A stretch of DNA of 64,000 nt from Bdellovibrio sp. (lineage in GTDB: Bacteria > Bdellovibrionota > Bdellovibrionia > Bdellovibrionales > Bdellovibrionaceae). The stretch covers positions 32,001-96,000 of the forward strand of contig JAKFBS010000004.1 of NCBI GenBank assembly GCA_036677065.1, in the 5' to 3' direction. Each line of letters starts with the position of its first letter. Position 1 is the stretch's first letter. The notes under the pieces are model-generated. The model was not told the DNA's origin. It searched no databases and worked only from the letters and a program-made list of their open reading frames with translations. Made by a program: the position numbers and the translations under genes. Shown here piece by piece: positions 9,929 to 19,424 of the stretch.

Positions 9929-10762
9929 ATGAAAATTACTCTGGTTCAGTTAAATTCATCAGATGATATCTCTAAAAATTTAGAGCGAATTATTACTCTG
10001 CTGGAGTCGCATTTGGCAGGGCAGGCGACACAAGCTATTAAGAGATCTCGCTTATTTGTACTTCCGGAAAACAGTTTGTATTTTCGTATTATTGAAGGCG
10101 AAGCCTTAAAGGCGTTAACTCTAGATTCTGTCGAAATTCAAATCTTACAAAAACTATGCGACACGCATAAAGTGGATTTGCATTTTACAACAGCGATGTC
10201 AGACCAAGGTAAAGTTTGGAATGCATCGGTGCTGGTAAGCCCAAATGAACCCGCGAAAATAATTTATAAAAAAATTCATCTTTTTGATATTCAGCTCGAG
10301 GGGCAAAAGGCCATTCGGGAATCAGATTTTTTCACTCACGGTGAAGAGGTCACAGGTTTTGAGGTTGAAGGCCTAAGATTTGGTTCGTCAATTTGTTATG
10401 ACATACGATTTTCTGAGCTCTATCACCAATTGGCTAAAAACCAAGTGGATGTGATTTTAGTGCCTGCGGCCTTTTTGGTAAAAACGGGCCAAGCCCACTG
10501 GGAGACTCTTTTGCGAGCCCGCGCTATTGAATCGCAGGCTTACGTTTTAGCTCCGGCTCAGGTTGGTGAGCACCAAACCACCCAAGCTGGCAAAACCGCA
10601 GCACGCTTTACTTATGGGCATTCTATGGCCATCGATCCGTGGGGCCAAGTGGTTGAGTGTAGAGCTGAAGGTGTGGGCTGTTTAGATATAGAAATCAGTT
10701 TAGATCTTGTCCGATCAGTGCGTCGACAAATCCCCATGATCAATCACAGACGCCTTAAGTGA
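9929..10762 (+). CDS. Carbon-nitrogen hydrolase (Nit1/deaminated glutathione amidase-like)
   Basis: E-K-C triad motifs LPEN, YKKIHLFD, ICYDIRF; LLRARAIESQ; TYGHSM. Start ATG 9929 preferred. Confidence 0.9.
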   Translation: MKITLVQLNSSDDISKNLERIITLLESHLAGQATQAIKRSRLFVLPENSLYFRIIEGEALKALTLDSVEIQILQKLCDTHKVDLHFTTAMSDQGKVWNASVLVSPNEPAKIIYKKIHLFDIQLEGQKAIRESDFFTHGEEVTGFEVEGLRFGSSICYDIRFSELYHQLAKNQVDVILVPAAFLVKTGQAHWETLLRARAIESQAYVLAPAQVGEHQTTQAGKTAARFTYGHSMAIDPWGQVVECRAEGVGCLDIEISLDLVRSVRRQIPMINHRRLK

Positions 10763-10804
10763 TTTCTCCTTTATTTTTCATTTAGAAATATATAAAGTTG
10801 AGAC

Positions 10805-11071
10805 ATGAAAAAATCTTCTTCTATCTCTAAGAAAAAGCCCGTTATGCGTGCAGTTCTATTTATTTGTTTATCTTTGTTTGTTTTAGGTTTGGTGATGACG
10901 ATTCATCAAGCCGCACAAGCCGCAGATAGCACAGAGTTTCAACTTTTAGACATGTACCGTGAGAAAAAATACAAAGGCGCATTGGATGAAGAAGAGTTAA
11001 AAGTATTAACGGATCTTCAAACATCAGATTCAAAAAAGAAAAAATCGCAAGAATCTGAAGAGGGGTTTTAG
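10805..11071 (+). CDS. Small exported or membrane-anchored hypothetical protein
   Basis: Hydrophobic N-terminal segment; abuts the ETF-QO start. Confidence 0.65.
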   Translation: MKKSSSISKKKPVMRAVLFICLSLFVLGLVMTIHQAAQAADSTEFQLLDMYREKKYKGALDEEELKVLTDLQTSDSKKKKSQESEEGF

Positions 11072-12805
11072 ATGGTTCATGATCATTTACCTGAAGGTGT
11101 AACTAGAGATACCATGGAAGTTGACGTTCTTATCGTAGGTGGCGGTGCTGCCGGGCTTTCTTGTGCATATAAAATTGCGACTGATATTGAAAAACATAAT
11201 CAAGCTATCGCCGATGGCAAACTTAATGCTGAACCAATTCCGGAACAAATGATTGTTGTTCTTGAGAAAGCCACAGAAATCGGTGCGCACAGCTTTTCGG
11301 GTGCTGTTTTAAAACCAACAGCTTTAAAAGAATTAATTCCGAACTACTTAGAACTGGGTTGTCCGTTAGATTCAGAAGTTAAAAAAGATGCGGTTTATTA
11401 TTTAGGTAATAATTCAGCAATTAAACTTCCGATCACTCCGCCCCCATTTCATAATGTCGGTAATTATATCGTTTCACTATCTAAACTTAATCGTTGGTTA
11501 GCCCAACAGTGTGAAGCTAAAGGGATTAATATTTTTCCAGGTTTTGCGGCTGTAGAAGCTCTTTATGAAGGCGATCGTATCGTTGGTGTTCGCACTGGTG
11601 ATAAAGGCCGCGATAAAGAAGGCAATCCAAAGGCTAACTTTGAACCGGGTTTAATCTTAAAAGCAAAAACGACTGTGTTTGCTGAAGGCACGCGTGGAAG
11701 TTTATTTAAACAAGTTTCTAAAAAATTAGATCTTCGCGCCGGAAAAAATCCTGAAGTGTTCGAAGAAGGTGTTAAAGAAGTTATTCAAATGCCTGCAGGC
11801 ACTGTTGAGCCTGGACAAGTCATTCACACGATGGGGTTTCCGTTAAAGAAATCTATCGGTGGAACTTTTATTTACACGATTCCTGGAGATAAAATTATCT
11901 TAGGATTAGTGGCGTACTTAGACACTAAAGATCCCTTACTTGATCCACATAAAGAATTACAAAAATTAAAAACTCATCCTTTTATTGCCAACATGATCAA
12001 AGGCGGAAAAGTTTTAGCCTACGGTGGAAAAACTCTTCCTGCCGGTGGTTGGTATTCAATGCCAAAACTTTATGGTGATGGTTGGATGGTGTGCGGTGAT
12101 TCTGCCAGCATGGTGGATGTGCAAAAATTAAAAGGAATTCATTTGGCGATGAAATCGGGAATGGCTGCTGCCGAAGCGGCCTTTACCGCGATTCAAAAAC
12201 AAGATTCGTCGCATGAAGTATTAAAAGCTTACGAAGATAAAGTGCATGCTTCGTACGTAAAATCTGAATTATACCGCGTAAGAAACTTTCACCAAACTTT
12301 ATCATTAGGTTTTGTGAAATCATTACCGCTAATTGCTTTACAAGAAATCACTGGTGGTCGTGGCCTAATTGATAATATGAAATGTCATGACGATGCAGAG
12401 GTCACAGCTTCGGTAAAAGAGGTTTGGGGTACGGATGATGCGCTAACTTCGACGCCTGAAAACAGACTGCCGAAGCCAGATGGCGTATTGATGTTTGATA
12501 AATTAGGAAGCGTTTACTTAACGGGTACTATGCATGACGAAGATTCGCCAAATCACCTTTTATTAGGAGATGCGAGTATCTGTCGTAATGTTTGTGAGCC
12601 TAAGTATAAGTCTCCTTGTGTACAGTTCTGCCCAGCTAGCGTATATGAGATGCTACCGTCGCAAGTTGAAGCCGGTAAGTACGATTTACAAATCAATTAT
12701 ACCAACTGTATTCACTGTAAGACCTGTGATATTAAATGCCCTACAAAGAACATTGATTGGACAGTTCCTGAAGGCGGGGGCGGTCCGAAATACACAGAGA
12801 CTTAA
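11072..12805 (+). CDS. Electron transfer flavoprotein-ubiquinone oxidoreductase
   Basis: GGGAAG FAD motif, GAHSFSGA, KGIHLAMKSG, C-terminal CPASVYE...NCIHCKTCDIK...WTVPEGGGGP. Confidence 0.96.
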   Translation: MVHDHLPEGVTRDTMEVDVLIVGGGAAGLSCAYKIATDIEKHNQAIADGKLNAEPIPEQMIVVLEKATEIGAHSFSGAVLKPTALKELIPNYLELGCPLDSEVKKDAVYYLGNNSAIKLPITPPPFHNVGNYIVSLSKLNRWLAQQCEAKGINIFPGFAAVEALYEGDRIVGVRTGDKGRDKEGNPKANFEPGLILKAKTTVFAEGTRGSLFKQVSKKLDLRAGKNPEVFEEGVKEVIQMPAGTVEPGQVIHTMGFPLKKSIGGTFIYTIPGDKIILGLVAYLDTKDPLLDPHKELQKLKTHPFIANMIKGGKVLAYGGKTLPAGGWYSMPKLYGDGWMVCGDSASMVDVQKLKGIHLAMKSGMAAAEAAFTAIQKQDSSHEVLKAYEDKVHASYVKSELYRVRNFHQTLSLGFVKSLPLIALQEITGGRGLIDNMKCHDDAEVTASVKEVWGTDDALTSTPENRLPKPDGVLMFDKLGSVYLTGTMHDEDSPNHLLLGDASICRNVCEPKYKSPCVQFCPASVYEMLPSQVEAGKYDLQINYTNCIHCKTCDIKCPTKNIDWTVPEGGGGPKYTET

Positions 12806-12910
12806 AAGTCTTTGCGTATTTAAAGGCGTAGAAGTAGTCTGCGCCTTCATTAAAAACAACGGGTATTCACAAACGGAAGTGGATGCTCTAACGGATAAAG
12901 GGAGAACCAG

Positions 12911-14107
12911 ATGGCTCGTTTTTTTGCGTCATGTCCAATCGGCATGGTCGATCTAGTAGAACAAGAATTAAAAGACTTAGGATTAAAAACCGGTGATAAA
13001 ACTATCGGCGGGGTTTTATTTGAATCGAACTGGGAAGGTTGTTACAAAGCCAATCTTCACTCTCGTTACGCAAGTCGTATCTTAAAACCATTATTAGATT
13101 TTAATGCTTACAGCGGTGAAGAACTTTATAACAACGTTCGTAAACATGATTTCACAAAATACATTTCTGCGGATCAAACTATGACAATCGATGCAGTTGT
13201 TAAAGAATGTTCGATTCCAGATCAGCGCTTTTTAGCTATGAAGACTAAAGATGCGATTGTAGACCAATTTCGTGATAAATTTGGTAAACGCCCAGACGTT
13301 GCTAAAGACAATCCATCAATGCGTATCCATATCAAAGGTTATAAAAATAAATACCACATGGCTTTAGATACATCAGGTAGCTCGCTGTTCATGCGTGGCT
13401 ATCGCACGATGACTGGTGAAGCTCCGCTAAAAGAAAACTTAGCAGCAGGCCTTTTAGGCTTAACTGAGTGGGATCGCAAGTCTCCGTTAGTGGATCTGTT
13501 TTGCGGTTCGGGAACAATCTTGATTGAAGCGGCGATGATGGCGGCTAACATGGCTCCTGGAATTCACCGTAATCATTTCGGGTTTATGAATTTAGCTGAT
13601 TACAATGAAGAGGCTTGGTTAAAAGTAATCAACGAAGCCGAATCTCAGGAAAAAGACACTTTAGATTTTAAATTATATGGTTATGACCATGATAAAAAGG
13701 TTCTTCAATTTGCAAAAGACAATGCCCGCAATGCAGGTGTCAGCAAATTTATCGACTTTAAAGGAACTTCAATTGCCGTAGCTGCTCCGCCAGTGACTGG
13801 CGAAGATAATGTTGAAGTTAAGGGAACTGTTATTTGTAATCCTCCGTACGGTGCTCGTATCGGTGATGAGGATAATTTAAAAGACGTTTACCGTGATTTA
13901 GGTTTCACTTTAAAAAATCGCTTCCAAGGTTGGGATGCTTGGTTATTATCGGGCAGTAAAGACTTATTAGGCGAGATGAAATTAAAATCAACGCGTAAGT
14001 ATTATTTAATGAACGGAAACATCGAATGCCGTTTCTTAAAATACGAAATGTACACTGGTTCTAAACGCACTCCGAAAGCGGAAGTTGCGAAGACGACAGA
14101 GCAATAG
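12911..14107 (+). CDS. THUMP-domain rRNA methyltransferase (RlmL-like)
   Basis: KDAIVDQFR, RGYR...APLKENLAAG, DLFCGSGTILIEAA, NPPYG. Confidence 0.92.
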   Translation: MARFFASCPIGMVDLVEQELKDLGLKTGDKTIGGVLFESNWEGCYKANLHSRYASRILKPLLDFNAYSGEELYNNVRKHDFTKYISADQTMTIDAVVKECSIPDQRFLAMKTKDAIVDQFRDKFGKRPDVAKDNPSMRIHIKGYKNKYHMALDTSGSSLFMRGYRTMTGEAPLKENLAAGLLGLTEWDRKSPLVDLFCGSGTILIEAAMMAANMAPGIHRNHFGFMNLADYNEEAWLKVINEAESQEKDTLDFKLYGYDHDKKVLQFAKDNARNAGVSKFIDFKGTSIAVAAPPVTGEDNVEVKGTVICNPPYGARIGDEDNLKDVYRDLGFTLKNRFQGWDAWLLSGSKDLLGEMKLKSTRKYYLMNGNIECRFLKYEMYTGSKRTPKAEVAKTTEQ

Positions 14108-14224
14108 TTTTTTAAAATAATAGAAAATAGAAAAAGGCATAAGAGAAATCTTATGCCTTTTTATTGCTGGACTTCTAAACAACACTTTATTGACCAAGTG
14201 GTGTGCGTAGATGATCATGCTTAT

Positions 14225-15280
14225 ATGATTATTAAAATTAGCAAAAACGATATTGAAAAGTTAGTCGATCAGTCAGTCATTACTTTGGATCAATCTGAAA
14301 AAATTTGGCAACAACTCTCGTCTGCAAAAAGTACGGAAGCGCAGTTTAATTTAACTCATTTTTTATATTTTTTTGGTGGCGTTATTTGTATTTTGGCCAT
14401 GAGTTGGTTTGCCAGTGAAGGTTGGGAGCAATTCGGCGGTGCGGGGTTAGCAATTATTTCGCTAATTTATATGTTGGCTTTTACAAAAACGGGAAACTCA
14501 CTTTGGCAGCGTGAGGAATTTAAAATCCCCGCTGGTCTGACATACACGATAGCCGTTTGCATGGTGCCGTTATTAATTTATGGAATTCAGCGATGGACAG
14601 GTTTCTGGATAGTTAAAGATGCTGGAAATGTAACGTACAAAGATTATCACGAATTAATTCGCGGGAGCTGGATGCTGATGTCTGTTGGCACAGTATTGAT
14701 CGGCTCGGTTTATTTGAAATATAGACCGTTTCCTTTTTTAACTATGCCGATTGCTGTGGCTCTTTTTTATATAACGATGGATATAGTTCCGTTTATTCAT
14801 GGAGTTGAGTACCACTCGGATTTATCAGATTTGCGCAGTCTATATTCTATGTTTTTTGGATTGCTAATGATTGTTCTGGCCTACTTTTTTGATAAGAAAG
14901 AAAAACTGGATTATTCATTCTGGCTTTACTTGTTTGGGGCTGCCGCATTCTGGGGTGGTCTGACTTCGATGGACAGTGATAAAGAGCTGGGTAAGTTTAT
15001 CTATTTTTTAATTAATGTCGGGCTGTTGTTGTTGTCGTTATTCTTATACCGCCGCATTTTTATGATTTTTGGAAGTTTCGGGGTTCTGTTTTATATTGGA
15101 CATCTGGCAAATAAAGTTTTTAAAGATTCTTTAATGTTTCCGTTTGCGCTGACCTTGTTAGGCTTGGCGGTTATTTTTCTGGGGATTAAATACCAAAAAA
15201 ACAAAGAGCGTATTGATGCAAAATTTTCTGAGCTGCTGCCTACTTTTTTAAAAAGTTACCGACCACAAGAAAGAAAATAA
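14225..15280 (+). CDS. Polytopic membrane protein (DUF2157-like)
   Basis: About 10 TM helices; likely start ATG 14225. Confidence 0.7.
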   Translation: MIIKISKNDIEKLVDQSVITLDQSEKIWQQLSSAKSTEAQFNLTHFLYFFGGVICILAMSWFASEGWEQFGGAGLAIISLIYMLAFTKTGNSLWQREEFKIPAGLTYTIAVCMVPLLIYGIQRWTGFWIVKDAGNVTYKDYHELIRGSWMLMSVGTVLIGSVYLKYRPFPFLTMPIAVALFYITMDIVPFIHGVEYHSDLSDLRSLYSMFFGLLMIVLAYFFDKKEKLDYSFWLYLFGAAAFWGGLTSMDSDKELGKFIYFLINVGLLLLSLFLYRRIFMIFGSFGVLFYIGHLANKVFKDSLMFPFALTLLGLAVIFLGIKYQKNKERIDAKFSELLPTFLKSYRPQERK

Positions 15281-15303
15281 TTTTTTGATCGACGTTCTAA
15301 AAT

Positions 15304-15330
15304 AAAAAAGGACCGCGAGGGGCGGCCCTG
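15304..15330 (-). terminator. Intrinsic terminator for the minus-strand gene
   Basis: Reverse complement AGGGCCGC-CCCTC-GCGGTCCT followed by a T-run. Confidence 0.65.
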
Positions 15331-15358
15331 AAAACGGGGATTTTCTTTAAATCGTTAA

Positions 15359-15859
15359 TTACATACGGTCCTGATCAAGAGCGATGTTAAGTTTTTCTAA
15401 ACCTAAGTTAACTCCGAAACCTTTTGTAAATTGTAATGATAAGTTCACAGTTAAAGCTGGGATATCAGTGTGAGCTGCAGCTAAAACACCTACGCCACGG
15501 ATTACAGAAGCTTGTCCTTGAACTAATAAGTAGTTACCTAATAGATCTTTTGGGTTATTAGTAAATAAAGCGATGTTAGCTGCAGTGCCTACGAATGCCA
15601 TTTTACCGAAAGCCACTTGTGGTCCGATGAAGTGAGACTTCGCTTTTAAGGTGATTGGGTAAGATTCTGTAACACCAGATGCGCTAATGCAACGTAAGCT
15701 GCCTTTTGCTTCTAATTTGTATTTACCCACGATAACTTTTAAGCCTGACGCCTGACCTTTAAAAGTCATGTTACATGCCCAAGCTGGTACATCTGCTTTT
15801 GCTTGAGTTGTAAGACCTAATCCGAACACCATTGCCATTGCTACTAATACTGATTTCAT
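15359..15859 (-). CDS. Secreted hypothetical beta-rich protein
   Basis: Signal peptide ending AKA; SD AGGAGG. Confidence 0.8.
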   Translation of the reverse strand: MKSVLVAMAMVFGLGLTTQAKADVPAWACNMTFKGQASGLKVIVGKYKLEAKGSLRCISASGVTESYPITLKAKSHFIGPQVAFGKMAFVGTAANIALFTNNPKDLLGNYLLVQGQASVIRGVGVLAAAHTDIPALTVNLSLQFTKGFGVNLGLEKLNIALDQDRM

Positions 15860-15962
15860 TAAAACCTCCTAAGGTTTGTTATTTGTTGTTGAAACCAGAG
15901 ATAAATACTTTTTGGTCTGCCGTCTAGAGGGGGTCAGTGTCTTCCTGTTCCGACCTTTTAAG

Positions 15963-15981
15963 TCGGGACACTATGTCCCGA
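15963..15981. promoter_or_regulatory. Inverted repeat, candidate operator
   Basis: TCGGGACA-CTA-TGTCCCGA between divergent genes, just upstream of a TTGCGT-N17-TATAGA promoter. Confidence 0.5.
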
Positions 15982-16022
15982 TTAGCTTGCGTTTTTTACA
16001 CACTAGAGTTATAGATCTAGTT

Positions 16023-16796
16023 ATGAAAATGACAATTAAGAGCTTTCTTTTACTGGAGTTAACAAAACGCCAGACGCGTAACTCGGCGTATTCATTACGT
16101 GCGTTCGCTCGTGATTTAGGTATTGGCGTGACTACATTATCAGATGTATTAGCTGACAAGCGCAGTCTATCTAAAACGAATTTAGAAAAAGTGTCGATTA
16201 AGCTGATGTTGTCACCGATGGAGCTTGAGCAAGTTTGGCAAGAGTACAAACAGAACTATCAAAAAGATTTAGAAATCGATGAACATGCCTTAGTTGATGA
16301 AGACACTTTTCGTCTTATTGGTGATTGGAAGCATTTAGCCATTTTAAATTTAGCAAAGATTCCCGAAAATCAGGCGGGAAAGCCCAGTTGGATTGCGAGG
16401 CGTTTAGGGACAACTACTGAAGAAGCAGCAGTTACACTAGAGCGTTTACTCAGACTTAAACTTGTTAAAAAACAAGAAAGTAAACTGGTGAGAACATCTA
16501 AGCCCATTGTAACGTCTAATAACATTCCGTCGATGGCGATTCGTAAATATCACTCTGAAAATCTTTGGTTGGCCGAAAAAACTTTACATGAAGAGGACGT
16601 TTCTCGGCGCCAATTTGTCTCGACAACTTTGGCGATTAACCCTGAAAATTTGCCACGTGCGACTGAATTAATGATTAAGACTCGAAATAAAATCGAAGCG
16701 ATGTTAGAAGAGGGGCCAGTCACAGAAGTATATACGGTTTCTTTTCAAATGTTTCCGCTCACTAAACTTCAAGCGACTAAAGGAGATAAAAAATGA
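16023..16796 (+). CDS. TIGR02147/DUF4423-family HTH protein
   Basis: RNSAYSLRAFARDLGI...LSDVL..KR HTH; IGDWKHLAIL; AIRKYH; VYTVSFQMFPLT. Confidence 0.85.
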   Translation: MKMTIKSFLLLELTKRQTRNSAYSLRAFARDLGIGVTTLSDVLADKRSLSKTNLEKVSIKLMLSPMELEQVWQEYKQNYQKDLEIDEHALVDEDTFRLIGDWKHLAILNLAKIPENQAGKPSWIARRLGTTTEEAAVTLERLLRLKLVKKQESKLVRTSKPIVTSNNIPSMAIRKYHSENLWLAEKTLHEEDVSRRQFVSTTLAINPENLPRATELMIKTRNKIEAMLEEGPVTEVYTVSFQMFPLTKLQATKGDKK

Positions 16797-17782
16797 AAAC
16801 AACTTTAACTAAATTAGTAGTTCTTTTCACAGTTCTTTCAACTCAATCTGTTTTTGCCGGTGGCGACCGTGTTAATAACGGCGGTGGCTTAGCAGAAAAA
16901 AATGTGATGTACGCTTACGAGAAATTAGAAAGCTATATTAAGCTTTGTCTAGATTCAGATACATGTAAGTTAAATTCAACTCAGTATTATATCTTACAGA
17001 AAATCTATAACGGATTACCTACAGATAAAAATTCAAACCAATTGTCTTTTTCTTCTGAGCAGGCAAATCCAGGAAGATTTATCATCGATGGAAATGTTCG
17101 TGTTGCTAAAACGGGAAGTCTGCCTGGTAGCGCGATCATGATTAATACAGATCTATTATATAATAAGAATCAAAGCGGCGTTTATGAGGCGATGAGCATC
17201 CCTGAGGCTGTGGCAGTACTGGTGCATGAGTTCGGTCATCACTACGGTAACAACAGCCATGAAGAGTTAGACTTAATTGGCGTGCGTATTTCTTTATTGC
17301 TTCAATCAAAAGTAATCACAACGCCGTTAGTGCCATGGAGATCTGATATCGCAATGACGGTCTTAAACCAGGATGCGTCAGGTTTGTTTCCTGAGGTTAT
17401 CTTGTACGTAGGCAATGACATTATCGATATCAGCCATTTTTACAAAGCTGAAATTGAATGTACAGGATTTAAAATTCCGATTCCTTTATTGCCTGTTCCA
17501 GATATCAACATTAACGGCAAAACTCCAAAAGCTTCAATTTTTCATAACCTTCACTGGGATAAAATCAAAGATAAAGACACATCCTTAGAAGTGCAGATTA
17601 CGGGTAATGTGTCGAATCGTTGTAAAGTACAGAGCGATACTGAAATTCGTAGCAATTCATCTCAGCTATCAATTAAATTTAAAATGAATAAAGGTATAGA
17701 CACTTGGGTTTATGACAAATCGTCACTAAGTTTAAAACAGTTTGAAGACCAATGGTGGAAAATCATTAAACTTCCGAACTAA
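16793..17782 (+). CDS. Secreted protein with HExxH zinc-metalloprotease motif
   Basis: Signal peptide, GGDRVNNGGG after cleavage site, VLVHEFGHH...HEE; ATGA overlap with upstream gene. Confidence 0.7.
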   Translation: MKTTLTKLVVLFTVLSTQSVFAGGDRVNNGGGLAEKNVMYAYEKLESYIKLCLDSDTCKLNSTQYYILQKIYNGLPTDKNSNQLSFSSEQANPGRFIIDGNVRVAKTGSLPGSAIMINTDLLYNKNQSGVYEAMSIPEAVAVLVHEFGHHYGNNSHEELDLIGVRISLLLQSKVITTPLVPWRSDIAMTVLNQDASGLFPEVILYVGNDIIDISHFYKAEIECTGFKIPIPLLPVPDININGKTPKASIFHNLHWDKIKDKDTSLEVQITGNVSNRCKVQSDTEIRSNSSQLSIKFKMNKGIDTWVYDKSSLSLKQFEDQWWKIIKLPN

Positions 17783-17790
17783 GAAGAAAT

Positions 17791-17824
17791 AAAAAAAGGC
17801 AGAGTGAAGACTCTGCCTTTTTTT
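17791..17824. terminator. Bidirectional intrinsic terminator
   Basis: A7-GGCAGAGT-GAAG-ACTCTGCC-T7 between convergent genes. Confidence 0.9.
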
Positions 17825-17849
17825 AGTTTTTAGGATATTTTTAATTTTC

Positions 17850-18221
17850 TTACGACGGTTTATATACGCCGAAGTAAGCTGCAACGATAAAGATCGCCAT
17901 CATTAAGAAGTAAATCGGCCAGCCGATCGCGCCTTTGCGTTTAACCAGAGCAATGATTCCGCCCATGATTAACCAGATGACTAGTTTTACGTAGATCCAA
18001 AATGGTAAACCACCGCTGTGCATGAAACCCATGCGGGCTAATAAACCAAAACCGCTCACTAACATAAATAATAAACCCACACCGTGAGTAACGAAGGCGA
18101 AAGTTTTTACTTTGCCTGCGATTTGGTGGCCTGACCAAGCAAGCACTAACATTCCCACTAACCCTGACGTTAGTAAGAAAATTCCTGTTAAGTGAAGTAT
18201 TTTGTAAAGTTCGTATGGCAT
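17850..18221 (-). CDS. Small 4-TM membrane protein (SirB2-like)
   Basis: YKILHL, HG.GL..MLVSGF, WIYVKL motifs. Confidence 0.65.
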   Translation of the reverse strand: MPYELYKILHLTGIFLLTSGLVGMLVLAWSGHQIAGKVKTFAFVTHGVGLLFMLVSGFGLLARMGFMHSGGLPFWIYVKLVIWLIMGGIIALVKRKGAIGWPIYFLMMAIFIVAAYFGVYKPS

Positions 18222-18224
18222 GGG

Positions 18225-19307
18225 TTAGTCTCCTTCGTTGAGTCCTAAGTGTTTTAGAATTTTCGCAACTTGTTTACGTATTTTTGGTAAACTTTGTTGC
18301 GACATCATAATTTTTAAATTTTCTTTGTGATCAATTTGCGGGTAACCGCCGTAGACGCCAGATTTTTCGATCGAGCTGACTACGCCAGTGCGCCCAGTTA
18401 GAACGACATTATCAGCTACAGTTAAGTGGCCTAGAACTCCAACGCTTCCGGCTGCTGTGACTTGGCGGCCGATTTTTGTAGAACCAGCGACAATAAAACC
18501 TGCGGCTATCAGGGCGTTTTCTCCGATGTCGCAGTTATGCGCGATATGAATAAAATTATCGAACTTTGAACCTTTACGGATGCGGGTTTCTGTCATCGTT
18601 GCGCGATCGACCGCGCATTGAGCGCCGAATTCACAGTTATCCTCGATAATGACCTGGCCTATTTGGGCAATCTTGTGGTGCGTTCCTTGTTTATCGGTTA
18701 CAAAACCAAAACCGTCAGAGCCGAAAACATTTTGTGGGCCGATCACACAGTTTTTTCCGATATGACAGTTAAATCCTACGAAAACTTGGGCTGATAATTT
18801 TGTATTGTCGCCAATTGAAGAGTCATTTTCTAAAATAGTTTGGGCGCCAATAATGCAATTATCGCCGATCACCACGTTTTTTCCGATCACGGCAAAAGGT
18901 TCGATCGTGACATTTTTTCCGACACGAGCGGTAGGGTCGATAAAAGCTTGCGGGTGGATTGCGGAATTAACGGGTTTGTAGCCGTTAAAATTTTTTAACA
19001 CTTCAGCCATTGCCGCGTGCACATTTGCGGTTGTCCAAACAGATTTACTTTTATCGATAACGTTTTGAACGAGCGGAAGTAATTTTTCAGGAATGATGTA
19101 ACCTAAAGCATTTTGTTTAATGGCGATCTGCAAAAGCTCATCTGTGTTTGCGAAAACTAAACTAGTGGCATTCGCCTGTGCCGGGGGCGCCACTTGAGTA
19201 AATAAACTGCTTTGCGATTGGATTAGTTTAAGTGAAGGGCAAGCTGCTGTAAGGGTCTCTGAAGAGACTGACGTCATTAGAGGTCTTTGATTCGCTTGTA
19301 AATTCAT
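18225..19307 (-). CDS. lpxD: UDP-3-O-acyl-glucosamine N-acyltransferase
   Basis: Hexapeptide repeats; GSDGFGF; KIAQIG; DRA; DNFIHIAHN. Confidence 0.95.
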   Translation of the reverse strand: MNLQANQRPLMTSVSSETLTAACPSLKLIQSQSSLFTQVAPPAQANATSLVFANTDELLQIAIKQNALGYIIPEKLLPLVQNVIDKSKSVWTTANVHAAMAEVLKNFNGYKPVNSAIHPQAFIDPTARVGKNVTIEPFAVIGKNVVIGDNCIIGAQTILENDSSIGDNTKLSAQVFVGFNCHIGKNCVIGPQNVFGSDGFGFVTDKQGTHHKIAQIGQVIIEDNCEFGAQCAVDRATMTETRIRKGSKFDNFIHIAHNCDIGENALIAAGFIVAGSTKIGRQVTAAGSVGVLGHLTVADNVVLTGRTGVVSSIEKSGVYGGYPQIDHKENLKIMMSQQSLPKIRKQVAKILKHLGLNEGD

Positions 19308-19424
19308 GCTGTTAGAGTAATGCTTTGCAACAGAAAAGACAGCATTTTACTTGTCCGAGACATGGCGCAGGATATACATAAATAGTTGATTAGATAAGTA
19401 AGACATTATTTCACGGAGATGATA

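Noticed and set aside
12570..12956. 128-aa alternative-frame ORF
   Set aside because: Overlaps ETF-QO and the methyltransferase; no recognisable features.
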